From positions 416,001 to 480,000 of the forward strand of contig JANVYR010000002.1 in the NCBI GenBank assembly GCA_030059665.1: a stretch of 64,000 bases of DNA, written 5' to 3'. Shown piece after piece: positions 28,614 through 38,482 of the stretch (position 1 is its first letter; the number at the start of each line of letters is the position of its first letter). The DNA comes from Candidatus Calditenuis fumarioli. Lineage in GTDB: Archaea; Thermoproteota; Nitrososphaeria_A; Caldarchaeales; Calditenuaceae. A model generated the notes under the pieces. The model ran no database searches. It was not told the origin of the DNA and was given only the letters and a program-made list of their open reading frames with translations. The translations under genes and the position numbers were made by a program.

Positions 28614-30507
28614 GCACCCTCTCCCTGACGAGAACCGCAAGGGCCAAGGCCATTATCAGGACGCTTACGATCAGCAAGAGAACGGACTGAGACGAAGGTT
28701 GAGGGGCCCCGCTTTCGGGCGAGACGGTCGTTTGCACCGTGATGGTTACAACCGTACGGACTGTTTCCTGTGCCAGGGTTCTCAACGGCCGTAGCGTGAG
28801 GAGATAGCCGGGATTGTTAACTGAGCTCATGCTCAGAACGATCCTCAGATTCCCTTCAACGTCCGTACCAAGTGACGGGGCGGCCATCGCTGGCCCTATG
28901 TTGGACCTCGATAGGAGCGGTTCGCCGGTGGCGGACTCGAGGACGTAAAGGTTTCCCGTGTAAGTGAGCGCCAGCAGAAAGTCGTTGACCGATGTGAGGA
29001 AAGCAATGCCCTCGCCTTTGAGGGTCCTAGACCATCTGATTTGTCCGGTGCTAGCATCGATTGCCATCAAAATGGCATCGGCTTGGTCAGGGAGATACAA
29101 CTCCGGTCTCGATGCGCTAGAGACCTCCTTGGACTCCAGTGGCAGCGAATAGAAGATGAGTCCCCTATCAGGGTCTGCTGCGAGGCCGAATACGCTTAAG
29201 GGTGGCGGGCTTAGAATTACGACACCGCTGCTGGAGGGAAAAGCTCTAGACATCTCTCCTTCGTTGAACGGATCCGGCGGTTTGTAATCTGATCTGTTCG
29301 ATGGCGGTCTCAAGAACCACCTAAGCCGGCCTGTCCCCTTATCAAGTGCGTAGAGGTAGCCGTTGCCGCACGCTGTGACCACCATGTCGCCGACTAACAG
29401 GACGTCGGTGTTGCAACCGTATCCGTAAACGTCGTGCGGTATCGCTTGGAAGGTCCAGATCACCTTGCCGGTCTCGGACTCTATCGCTATGACCGATGAG
29501 GAAGGGAAGTTCGGTCCCCTGCGCAATCGTCCATCCAACGACGGTAGCGGCTGGGAAACCGTCAGATAGACCGTCCCCGTGGCCTCGTCGACCGCCCAAC
29601 CGCCGATCCAGCTGGCCATTCCGCCAGCCCTCAACCTCTCGCCGTCCGCAGGCGACCAGTCACCGTACAATAATTTTTGGACGGAATCCCGGTCAAGGGA
29701 CTTCAGGTCGACAGCCTTGCTGCCGTCAAAAATCCACGCGTTCCTCAGCGATTGAACGAACTCGACGGACCAAGAGGGATCGTAACTCACCTGGGGTGGC
29801 ATGAGGAAGGTCCTCCAAAGTCTCTCAGGTCCACGCTGCGTCAACCTGAACCCCATGAGGAACGCCCTGCCAGCATCAGGTGCATCTGGGGATGTGCTCC
29901 CTACGACCAGGACCGACCTCTTCGAATCGTAGGCGAAGTTCACAGGGTACCCTCCGTACGTGCCGGCGTTTCCCTCGATGCGCTCATTACCTCCGAGGAG
30001 ATCGACGGTTGCGAGCAGCCTACCTGTGTAGATGTCGAGTAGGACTACCGATTGCCAGGGTGTGCCTATTGCCAGGGCCTCTGCCCCCGCTATGTTGACT
30101 ATTTTCACGTTGGTCACATGACCTAACTGATCCCTCAGCACCTGTGTCGAGGTTGATCCCGGTCTTGGTATCTCCAGGGTCCAGAGCAGTTTTCCGCCCC
30201 TTAGATCGAAGGCGATGACCACGAAACCATTAGTGACCACGTAGCCCACACCTAGTCTGGTTAGTGGGGTGTGGGTCACCCCGTGTATTCCGGATCTGCC
30301 CGGCGGCAGCGGCATGAACGACTCCTGAACGAGGTTGACGACGTCCTCCCTGCTCAAGTCAGGAGCCTTCACGTGCTTGACGTTACCCTGGTCGTACCCT
30401 GTCGTGGTCCAGTCTACTGGGTCCCCTAGCGCGGTGGCCGACGCTAGCAAGGCGATGAGGGTTAGAGTTAGAACGGTTGATGGGTTGACGCTCACCGCCT
30501 GTGTCAT
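28594..30507 (-). CDS. PQQ-dehydrogenase-like beta-propeller protein #2 with degenerate metal motif
   Basis: 'RRGPNFPSSSVIAIESETGKVIWTFQAIPHDVYGYGC'; signal peptide, Thr/Val-rich linker and C-terminal TM. Confidence 0.8.
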   Translation of the reverse strand: MTQAVSVNPSTVLTLTLIALLASATALGDPVDWTTTGYDQGNVKHVKAPDLSREDVVNLVQESFMPLPPGRSGIHGVTHTPLTRLGVGYVVTNGFVVIAFDLRGGKLLWTLEIPRPGSTSTQVLRDQLGHVTNVKIVNIAGAEALAIGTPWQSVVLLDIYTGRLLATVDLLGGNERIEGNAGTYGGYPVNFAYDSKRSVLVVGSTSPDAPDAGRAFLMGFRLTQRGPERLWRTFLMPPQVSYDPSWSVEFVQSLRNAWIFDGSKAVDLKSLDRDSVQKLLYGDWSPADGERLRAGGMASWIGGWAVDEATGTVYLTVSQPLPSLDGRLRRGPNFPSSSVIAIESETGKVIWTFQAIPHDVYGYGCNTDVLLVGDMVVTACGNGYLYALDKGTGRLRWFLRPPSNRSDYKPPDPFNEGEMSRAFPSSSGVVILSPPPLSVFGLAADPDRGLIFYSLPLESKEVSSASRPELYLPDQADAILMAIDASTGQIRWSRTLKGEGIAFLTSVNDFLLALTYTGNLYVLESATGEPLLSRSNIGPAMAAPSLGTDVEGNLRIVLSMSSVNNPGYLLTLRPLRTLAQETVRTVVTITVQTTVSPESGAPQPSSQSVLLLIVSVLIMALALAVLVRERVLRRSRT

Positions 30508-30644
30508 CTCCCCGTTAACGAGCCTGAGCCGGTGTTAAGCATTGCGGGCAACAGCCCACCGGTCTGTGAGATACAGGTTCGTCGAACCATGGCTACCCTT
30601 TAAGAACTTGATTGCTACTCTCCGTTCCTTCATAAGCCCCCATA

Positions 30645-30891
30645 GGAAATCCTTATCTATTGACCTCTTACTTCACCTCTACGCTATGGAAAGGAAATCG
30701 GGGCTGCTCGGATTGAGCCTGGCCGTCGTCTCCGTGCTGGCTATGCTGATCACCTCTTCGGTGGCCTTGGCGCAGCAGCAGGCACTGGACTGGGCGAGGT
30801 ACAACGGAGTCCCTGGGAACTGGAACTGGAGCCCGCAGACTCAGATCGACAAGGAGAACGTGAAGTTCTTGGAGGTGAAGTGGGTATTTCC
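30645..30891. repeat. 247-bp identical inverted repeat (partner 42830-43076) covering the upstream region and first 69 codons
   Basis: Direct base-by-base comparison with the reverse complement of 42830-43076. Confidence 0.9.
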
Positions 30892-32932
30892 AGTACCAGC
30901 ATCGCCGTTTACTGATAGCCCATTCTATGGTGGGGGAAGAGCAGAAGGTGTCATCCACACACCATTAGTCTACAAGGGAGTAGTATATTTTGTGACAAAC
31001 TGGAACGGTATTTTTGCTGTCGATGCGGCAACAGGAAAGACGTTATGGTCAAGGCGAATAGACCCTCCAAAGGAGTTAATTGATTTGATAGTAAAGCCTG
31101 GCTCTATTCCACTCTCTATCGACCCCGATTCCGCACTGAGTGGACACTACCATCAAATCCATATATACGAACTTGGAGGAAGGCCCTATCTACTTCTAGT
31201 AACCAACTACTACTACTTAATTGCGTTGGACCCATTAACGGGTGATATAAAATTAAACTGGCCGATATTCACACCAGAATATCTTGCTGCTGTACCTGGA
31301 AATCGGGGCCTTTACGATCCTTCTACGCCGAGCTTTGCGATAGATACGAAGCGTAACATTATGATAATTGGTAGTAGCACGTCTGAGGCTCAAAGTGCAG
31401 GTCGTGGCTTCTTCGTTGGCGTGGACTTGAAGCCGTGGCTTGAGGGCCGTGGCCAGCCTCAGATCATCTGGCGTACGTTCATAATTCCGCCCCAGGACGG
31501 CAGTGACCCTGAGTGGACTTTGAAGTCGGTTGACCAGATGAGGGGTGCTTGGATATGGGACGGTGAGAAGCTGATCAACCTCAAGACCCTACCACCTGAC
31601 CAGAAGAGACAGCTCCTCTACGACGACTGGGGATTTGCTAGGTTCGTTCAGCGGTATCCGAACGAGAAGGTCAGCTATGCTGGAGCCGGTGCGGGTTGGG
31701 GAGGAGCTTACGCTGTGGACGAGGACAGGGGAATAGCGTACGTGGGAACTAATCAACCCGCTCCAGACTGGAACGCAACGTTCAGGCCAGGCCCGAACTT
31801 GTGGAGCGATTCCATTTTAGCGCTGGACGTCGAGACTGGAAAACTGATATGGGGGGTTCAGACAATGCCTCACGATATATGGGACTACGATTGCGCGTGG
31901 AGCGTCCTGCTGGTCAAGAACGCCATGATAGGCGGACAGAGACGTGATGCTGTAATCAAAGGGTGCAAGAACGGCGTTGTTTACGCACTGGATCCCGATG
32001 ACGGCCACCTCCTCTGGGCCTTCAACTCATGGGATCCTGCGAAGAGCGGAGGAGATCCGAGATACGGCATCAAACCATCAAAGTATGTCAGGTTCCTGAA
32101 TCCTCTCGATCCGAAGGACATGAACTGGAGATGGCAGGGTGAGTGGACCACAGGACAAGAGTACGAATACATTAAGAACCACGGAGCATTCTATCAGAAC
32201 CCGCCAGGCGTTGGTGGGATCGAAAGCGATCCTGCTTATGATCCTCAGAGAAACAGACTGTTCGTGGCGGTCTACAATTACCCATCCGCCTATACCATTC
32301 AAAATGTTGGACCTGGTACTGGATGGCCAGCAGGCCGAGGATTAAGGGGCGGTACTCTGCCTCCTGCTCCGATCAACACCACCATATACGCCATAGATGT
32401 GAACACCGGAAGGGTTGTATGGAACACGTTCGTAGACGGCGTTCCGTACAGAGGTGGGTTAACCACATCCAATGGTCTCGTATTCGCGACCTTCAACGAC
32501 GGCACCCTCAGGATTTACGATGCCGATACGGGAGCAGAGCTTAAGCGGGTGATAATAGGCGGTCCGGTTCTCGTGCAACCGTCGTTAGCGACCACCGCTG
32601 ACGGTAAGATCAGGGTTCTGGTGCCCGTCTCTGTACCCCTATCGCTATGGGGTCCGACAACGAACCTTCCAGGTTTCGTCGTCGCTCTAGGCCTTCCTGA
32701 TGTCATAGCAGAGAGAACGGTAGTCCAGGAGAGGACAGTGGTCCAGACTCAGGTCAGGACTCAAGTCCAGACGGTAGTCCAGACCGCAGTCGCTACTCAG
32801 GTGGTCACTCAGGTACAGACTCAGGTCAGGGAGGTTGAGGTTATACCTGCTTGGGTCTATGCCGTTGCAGGCGTCGCAGTAGTAGCTGTGATAGCTGCAG
32901 CCACGATAGCTGCCAGGGGAAGGAGGAGGTAA
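30686..32932 (+). CDS. PQQ-dehydrogenase-like beta-propeller protein #3 (inverted partner of #5)
   Basis: Signal peptide; 'GTNQPAPDWNATFRPGPNLWSDSILALD...PHDIWDYDC'; T/V/Q linker; IPAW-TM-RGRRR tail. Confidence 0.88.
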   Translation: MERKSGLLGLSLAVVSVLAMLITSSVALAQQQALDWARYNGVPGNWNWSPQTQIDKENVKFLEVKWVFPVPASPFTDSPFYGGGRAEGVIHTPLVYKGVVYFVTNWNGIFAVDAATGKTLWSRRIDPPKELIDLIVKPGSIPLSIDPDSALSGHYHQIHIYELGGRPYLLLVTNYYYLIALDPLTGDIKLNWPIFTPEYLAAVPGNRGLYDPSTPSFAIDTKRNIMIIGSSTSEAQSAGRGFFVGVDLKPWLEGRGQPQIIWRTFIIPPQDGSDPEWTLKSVDQMRGAWIWDGEKLINLKTLPPDQKRQLLYDDWGFARFVQRYPNEKVSYAGAGAGWGGAYAVDEDRGIAYVGTNQPAPDWNATFRPGPNLWSDSILALDVETGKLIWGVQTMPHDIWDYDCAWSVLLVKNAMIGGQRRDAVIKGCKNGVVYALDPDDGHLLWAFNSWDPAKSGGDPRYGIKPSKYVRFLNPLDPKDMNWRWQGEWTTGQEYEYIKNHGAFYQNPPGVGGIESDPAYDPQRNRLFVAVYNYPSAYTIQNVGPGTGWPAGRGLRGGTLPPAPINTTIYAIDVNTGRVVWNTFVDGVPYRGGLTTSNGLVFATFNDGTLRIYDADTGAELKRVIIGGPVLVQPSLATTADGKIRVLVPVSVPLSLWGPTTNLPGFVVALGLPDVIAERTVVQERTVVQTQVRTQVQTVVQTAVATQVVTQVQTQVREVEVIPAWVYAVAGVAVVAVIAAATIAARGRRR
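31569..31854. repeat. 286-bp identical inverted repeat (partner 41882-42167), central block
   Basis: Direct comparison with the reverse complement of 41882-42167. Confidence 0.9.
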
Positions 32933-32961
32933 AGTAGACAAACCGGATAACGAGCTCAAAA
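32687..32961. repeat. 275-bp identical inverted repeat (partner 40775-41049) covering the anchor region and downstream flank
   Basis: Direct comparison; the ORF track also shows identical 90-aa shadow ORFs at 32687-32959 and 40777-41049. Confidence 0.92.
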
Positions 32962-33145
32962 GGCCCTTATACTTTTTATGCGATTTTTCTTTCTTTTAGC
33001 GAGATTGAAACGTCTGTCTTTTACACTCGCGCACTCGGAAAAATCATACCTGCAATAAAATGGTATCAAGGGCAAATTGCTTAAATTGGTTGCAAACAGC
33101 CATCTTTAAAAGCTTATATACAAACAATTGATTTCCAAGATCGAC

Positions 33146-35344
33146 ATGTTGAGGGGAGAAGTCTTTGGAATCGCCTTGGTGCTCTCAATGACCACTTTAT
33201 TCCTGACCTCAACGATAGCATATGCGCAGCAAACAACTGATTGGTCATACTATAATGGCAACAAATGGGGATGGAACTACGCGTTCCAGAACCAGATTGG
33301 CAAGCAAAACGCGCAATTCGTAGAGGTGAAGTGGGTGTTTCCGGTGCCTGCAAATCCGGGCGACCCAGCCAAATTCTTCGTGACCGAGGGCGTTGGTCTA
33401 ATACCTCTTGTATACAAAGGAGTCGTTTACTTTATGACCAATTGGAACAGAGTGTACGCATTGGATGCGAAGAGTGGGAAGACCTTATGGTTCAGGGACC
33501 TTTCGCCTCCCGCAGATTGGATAGATCGGTTCAAATCAGGTCCATTCGCGATGTATTACTCGTTCGGCGGTCATTATCACCAGCAATACATCTTCGAGCT
33601 TGGAGGAAAACCGTATATTGCCATTGTGACTGACTGGTACGAACTATTCCTATTGGATCCTTTAACCGGCGATATAAGGCTCAGGTATCTTATTTTGGAT
33701 CCTGAATGGGTGAAGAACAACGTAGTCGGTAATCGGGGTGTTTATCATCTTATAAGCCCTAACTATATTATAGATACTAAGCGAAACATTCTAGTAACGA
33801 TGACAAACTCTAGGCACTCGCAGGATGCTGGGCGTGCCTTCATCATAGGTGTTGATTTAGGCCCATGGGTGAGGGGGGAGGGGCAACCGAGGATCAAATG
33901 GATCACGTATACCATGCCACCGCAGGACGGATCCGACCCGATGTGGAGCATTAACTCCGTTAACTCCATGAAAGGAGCTTGGGCTTGGGACGGCGAGAAG
34001 CTTGTGGACCTGAAGGCCATGCCGGACGATCTAAAAATGCAGATACTGTACGACGATTGGGGATTCAAAAGGTTTTATGAGCAGTATCCGAACGAGAAGG
34101 TCAGCTATGCTGGCGGGGCAGGAGCTGGGTTTGGAGGTATGTTCGTGGCTGATGAGGAAAGGGGACTCACTTATGTGTACACTAACCAGCCTGGGCCTTT
34201 CTTCAACGCTACGTTCAGACCAGGTCCCAACCTTTGGTCCGATTCGATCCTCGCAATCGATACTGAGACGGGAAGGATAGTATGGGCGGTTTCCACGCAT
34301 CCACACGACCTATGGGATTGGGACTGTGCATGGAACATCGTTCTAGCCAAGAACGCGCTTGTCAAAAACCAGAAGAGGGATGTTCTGCTGAAGGCATGCA
34401 AGAACGGAGTCCTCATGGCATTGGATCCCGATAGCGGGTCCCTGTTATGGGCCTTCAACCCCTGGCATCCAGAGAGGTATGGGGGCAATCCTGCTTACGG
34501 CGTTAAACCGTCCAAGTACGCGAGGTTCCTCAACCCCCTTGATCCGAAAGACATGAATTGGAGATGGCAAGGCGAGTGGGAGACCGACCCGGCGTCTTCC
34601 AACGCGATAAAGACGCACCAACCAATCATAGTGAATCCAGGTCCTTTGGGAGCTGTCGAGAGCGATATAGCGTATGACCCTGAGAGGAACTACGTTTTCA
34701 TAGCAACTTATAACATTCCGTATAAGTTATCCATACAGAACTGCGGTCCAGGTACCCAGAGACCACAAAACAACTGCGGTTCGTCGAGCAGATTAGGGAA
34801 GGAGAACACCACTATTTACGCGATAGACGTCAATAACGGCAGGGTCGTCTGGGAACACTTTATTCCAGACCTTCCGTTTAGGGGTGGCCTTACAACATCC
34901 AATGGTCTGGTTTTCGTACCATTGATCGACGGCACGCTAAGGATCCTCGACGCGGACAACGGGAGGGAGCTGAAACGACTCGTATTCGGAGGATATATAG
35001 TACAGCCACCGTCGATAGCTGCCGATGTCGACGGGAAGGTGAAACTTTTCCTAGCAGTTGGCGGTGCCCCACAAATATGGGGGCCTCAACTGCCTGGCTT
35101 CGTCGTAGCTCTAGGTCTTCCGGAAGTAATCGCAGAAAGAACGGTAATCCAAGAAAGGACCTTTATACAGATTCAAACGCAAACACAAGTGATTACACAA
35201 TTACAGACAAGTGTGGTTACGCAGGTACAGACTCAAGTTAGAGAGGTCGAGGTTATTCCTGCATGGGTTTATGGAACTACTGGAATTGCTGTGATTGCAG
35301 CTATTACGGCAGCTACGATAGCGATCAGAGGAAGGCGTAAGTAA
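33146..35344 (+). CDS. PQQ-dehydrogenase-like beta-propeller protein #4
   Basis: 'YTNQPGPFFNATFRPGPNLWSDSILAID...HPHDLWDWDC'; IPAW-TM-RGRRK tail; start 33128 (TTG) or 33146 (ATG). Confidence 0.88.
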   Translation: MLRGEVFGIALVLSMTTLFLTSTIAYAQQTTDWSYYNGNKWGWNYAFQNQIGKQNAQFVEVKWVFPVPANPGDPAKFFVTEGVGLIPLVYKGVVYFMTNWNRVYALDAKSGKTLWFRDLSPPADWIDRFKSGPFAMYYSFGGHYHQQYIFELGGKPYIAIVTDWYELFLLDPLTGDIRLRYLILDPEWVKNNVVGNRGVYHLISPNYIIDTKRNILVTMTNSRHSQDAGRAFIIGVDLGPWVRGEGQPRIKWITYTMPPQDGSDPMWSINSVNSMKGAWAWDGEKLVDLKAMPDDLKMQILYDDWGFKRFYEQYPNEKVSYAGGAGAGFGGMFVADEERGLTYVYTNQPGPFFNATFRPGPNLWSDSILAIDTETGRIVWAVSTHPHDLWDWDCAWNIVLAKNALVKNQKRDVLLKACKNGVLMALDPDSGSLLWAFNPWHPERYGGNPAYGVKPSKYARFLNPLDPKDMNWRWQGEWETDPASSNAIKTHQPIIVNPGPLGAVESDIAYDPERNYVFIATYNIPYKLSIQNCGPGTQRPQNNCGSSSRLGKENTTIYAIDVNNGRVVWEHFIPDLPFRGGLTTSNGLVFVPLIDGTLRILDADNGRELKRLVFGGYIVQPPSIAADVDGKVKLFLAVGGAPQIWGPQLPGFVVALGLPEVIAERTVIQERTFIQIQTQTQVITQLQTSVVTQVQTQVREVEVIPAWVYGTTGIAVIAAITAATIAIRGRRK

Positions 35345-35408
35345 TCTTGTGAATGAAAGGTCGCCAGTTTTTGTTTTTATGTTAATTCATACTTTGGATT
35401 TTCACAAA

Positions 35409-35834
35409 ATGAGAGTAAATAAAAGGAATACAATACTTTTCACTATTCTGATTATAATGATTGGTACAATCTTACTTTTAATATCTTTCCTAATTAATAA
35501 TGAGTTTATACAGGTGAAAAATATAGAAAAAACTACAAAGATTACCATTGTTGCAACCGATTACAGCTTTTCGGAGAGAGTTATAAACGTACGGAAAGGT
35601 TACACTGTGACGTTCGTCTTAGTTAATAAAGGACGTTACCCCCATAACTTTGTCCTTAAATTCAAAGACAGGATTGTTGAATTGGTGTCAGTTCTTATGC
35701 CAGGTGATAATTCTACGTTCGTATTCACGTTTGCTGATCCAGGCAGGTATGAATTCCTTTGCACAGTAGAGTACCCGGCTCCTATACCACATTACGAGCT
35801 GGGTATGAAGGGTGAAGTCTATGTTAATCAGTAA
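35409..35834 (+). CDS. membrane-anchored cupredoxin (type-1 Cu: His, Cys, His, Met)
   Basis: 'PHNF' and 'YEFLCTVEYPAPIPHYELGMKG'; N-terminal TM; AT-rich gene. Confidence 0.85.
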   Translation: MRVNKRNTILFTILIIMIGTILLLISFLINNEFIQVKNIEKTTKITIVATDYSFSERVINVRKGYTVTFVLVNKGRYPHNFVLKFKDRIVELVSVLMPGDNSTFVFTFADPGRYEFLCTVEYPAPIPHYELGMKGEVYVNQ

Positions 35835-36065
35835 TTGCCAAACTGGTACGTTCAATCCGTCATAAAAAGCTGATAGGTGGTCCCCTACCTAAACGCTCGT
35901 TGGATCAGCAGAGCTTGAGGTCTTGCACTAATCCACCGCATTTGAGAAGCGCTATTTGCCTCACGTGGTATGACTCGTCAAGTCTCTTTCGAGCCCTCCT
36001 TGGTCCACATAACGGTCGTTATGGGGGACTAGAGCTAAATACAGCGTTATAATTTTTAACGCAGT

Positions 36066-36551
36066 ATGCGTACATCTAGATTGGTATTGGTTATAACCTT
36101 GATCGCGATATTGGTTATAGCGGCAGCTCTTGCAACTTTCCTTAGACAGCCTGGTCCACGTGAGGTTCGGATAAAGGTCACGGAATTCTCATACCAGGTG
36201 GATAGCGGCCAGCCCATCATCACACTGAAGGTAGGGGAAGAGATTAGAGTAGTTTTAGAGAACGTAGGGAAACACGATCACGAGTTCCTATTAGTCCGTG
36301 ATAAGGACGTGGCAATACAAACGGTCAGGGAGGAGCTGGCGAAGGGTACACCCGATGAGGCGCTAGACCGGCTTAAATCTAACATGGCAGTGATGGGCAT
36401 CAGATATGAAGTAGAGCCTGGAAGCCTCACGATCTTTAGGCTGAGGTTCACCACACCGGGGACGTTCTACTTCGTCTGCCTCGAGACGGAACCTAGAGGA
36501 GTGCCTCATGCAGAACTGGGAGAAGTGGGACAGATAGTTGTGGAGGGTTAA
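36066..36551 (+). CDS. membrane-anchored cupredoxin with Glu at the axial Met position
   Basis: 'DHEFLL' and 'FYFVCLETEPRGVPHAELGEVG'. Confidence 0.8.
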   Translation: MRTSRLVLVITLIAILVIAAALATFLRQPGPREVRIKVTEFSYQVDSGQPIITLKVGEEIRVVLENVGKHDHEFLLVRDKDVAIQTVREELAKGTPDEALDRLKSNMAVMGIRYEVEPGSLTIFRLRFTTPGTFYFVCLETEPRGVPHAELGEVGQIVVEG

Positions 36552-36557
36552 GGCGCA

Positions 36558-37613
36558 TTGAGGATTTCCCTGGAACGGCTGGAGAAGTCCTATGGAGGTA
36601 GAAAGGTGCTGAAGGGGATAGACCTGGATATAGGATCGGGTGAGCTCTTCTGCGTGTTGGGTCCCTCGGGCAGTGGTAAGACCACCCTGTTAAAACTGAT
36701 CGCGGGCTTGGAAAGGCCCGACAGCGGCAGGATACTCTTCAACGGGGACGACGTAACGGAGGTCCCAGCAGGGGAGAGAGGCGTCTCCATGGTGTTCCAG
36801 AACCTAGCGCTCTTCCCCAACATGACGGCCTTTGAGAACGTCGCCTTCCCCTTGAGGGTTCGGAGGTTTTCCGAGGAGGAGGTTAAAAGGAGGGTGAGGG
36901 AGATATCCGAGCTTCTCCGGATTGAGGGACTTCTCGACCGGAAGGTCGAGACCCTCAGCGGTGGGGAGAGGCAGAGGGTGGCCCTAGCGCGGGCCCTGGT
37001 TTACGAGCCCAGGGTGTTCCTCTTAGATGAGCCTCTGACAGGATTGGAACCACAGTTAAGGCGGGAGATCCGGGAGGAGGTGAAGAGGATCCAACGGGTC
37101 ACAAAAATCACTACAGTCTACGTTACACACGACCAAGGGGAGGCCTTCGCACTGGCAGACAGACTAGCCTTGCTGAGGGATGGGGAGGTCCAAGAGGTCG
37201 GTGACCCGATCAGCGTTTACACGAGGCCAAGGAACCTATGGGTTGCTGAGTTCCTGAGCGATACGCCGTTGAACGTCTTCAGGGGCAGGGTCGAGGGGCG
37301 AATGGTCCACGTGGAAGGGTTAGGGTGCGCGTTGGACGCCCCGAAAGGAGTTGAGGACGGACAGAGGTTGATTGTCGTGTTCAGACCTGAAGACCTCAAA
37401 ATTTGTGAGGAAACCCCGCACCTACCGACAGGAACTGTTCGGAGGATCGAATTCGTCGGCGACAGAGCGGTATATGAGGTGGACATAGGAACCACGTCGA
37501 TTTACATTAAGGAATTCAAACCGCAATGGTTCCCCAAATTATACGGGCGGGTGTCGATCAGATACAATCCGGAGGTCGTGCTGTTCTTCAACGAGGCGGG
37601 TGAGGCACTATGA
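36558..37613 (+). CDS. carbohydrate-type ABC transporter ATP-binding protein (MalK-like)
   Basis: 'GPSGSGKTT', 'LSGGERQRVALARAL', 'LLDEP', 'YVTHDQ'. Confidence 0.92.
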   Translation: MRISLERLEKSYGGRKVLKGIDLDIGSGELFCVLGPSGSGKTTLLKLIAGLERPDSGRILFNGDDVTEVPAGERGVSMVFQNLALFPNMTAFENVAFPLRVRRFSEEEVKRRVREISELLRIEGLLDRKVETLSGGERQRVALARALVYEPRVFLLDEPLTGLEPQLRREIREEVKRIQRVTKITTVYVTHDQGEAFALADRLALLRDGEVQEVGDPISVYTRPRNLWVAEFLSDTPLNVFRGRVEGRMVHVEGLGCALDAPKGVEDGQRLIVVFRPEDLKICEETPHLPTGTVRRIEFVGDRAVYEVDIGTTSIYIKEFKPQWFPKLYGRVSIRYNPEVVLFFNEAGEAL

Positions 37614-38482
37614 GGCTCAGCTCTCTCATATGGTCGATTACTGTACTGGCTGTTGCGGTATTGGGCTCTTTGGTTCCGTTAGCATACACGTTGTACCTGA
37701 GTTTTATTTCGCCAGGAGGTGAGGTGGGAACGTTAACCCTCAAGAACTTCGCATCGGTCATCTCGGACGTTAACTTCTACAGGTCAACTTTCCTCTCGAT
37801 TGCCTACACTTTACTGTCGTTAATGGGATCGCTGGTGATTGGCGTGGCCGCTGCCCTCGTTCTCTCGGCACTCGGCAGGAGCAACAGGATCCTAGAGGGT
37901 CTTTACGCGATGCCTCTAGCCGTCTCACCCATCATCGCAGGTATCCTCTGGTCACCTCCCGCTGTATGGGACGACATCAACTCCCTTCTTCACGTATCCT
38001 TTGGACTTCCGTTCATAGACGTAACAGATGCCATAATTTACTTCCCCATAATGACTCTGGCTGAAAGCTGGCTTTGGTCACCACTGTTCATGTTAGCGTC
38101 ACTGATCGTCATAGAGGACATCCCGAAGGAATGTGTCGGAGCTGCGAGGCTGATGGGCGCGAACGAATTTGACCTGCTTAGATACCTCTACCTCCCCTCC
38201 ATCCTTCGATCGAACGTCGTTAGGACGCTCATGATCATAAAGTCGATAGATTTCTTCAGGGCTTTCGAGATACCATTTGCATGGAGCAACTGGGTACGGG
38301 CAACGCAGGTGGGTGAAGCTACCGACACCTTAAGCCTCCTTTTGTTCAAGCAGCTAGTCTATCCACCGTCCGGTCTGCCCTCCATCCAGTACATAGCGAC
38401 AGTTTCGATGCTGCTTCTGGGGGTCAGCCTATCAGTTGCTTTCGTCCTCTTCAGGGTCTTCGTGCAGGGGGAACGATCATGA
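37610..38482 (+). CDS. carbohydrate ABC permease (MalF-like)
   Basis: TM helices and EAA-like 'IPKECVGAARLMGA'. Confidence 0.85.
   Translation: MRLSSLIWSITVLAVAVLGSLVPLAYTLYLSFISPGGEVGTLTLKNFASVISDVNFYRSTFLSIAYTLLSLMGSLVIGVAAALVLSALGRSNRILEGLYAMPLAVSPIIAGILWSPPAVWDDINSLLHVSFGLPFIDVTDAIIYFPIMTLAESWLWSPLFMLASLIVIEDIPKECVGAARLMGANEFDLLRYLYLPSILRSNVVRTLMIIKSIDFFRAFEIPFAWSNWVRATQVGEATDTLSLLLFKQLVYPPSGLPSIQYIATVSMLLLGVSLSVAFVLFRVFVQGERS

Noticed and set aside
32700-32830. Short ACTCAGGT-like repeats resembling a repeat array
   Set aside because: They are in-frame codons of the TQV linker, with no constant-length spacers; not CRISPR.
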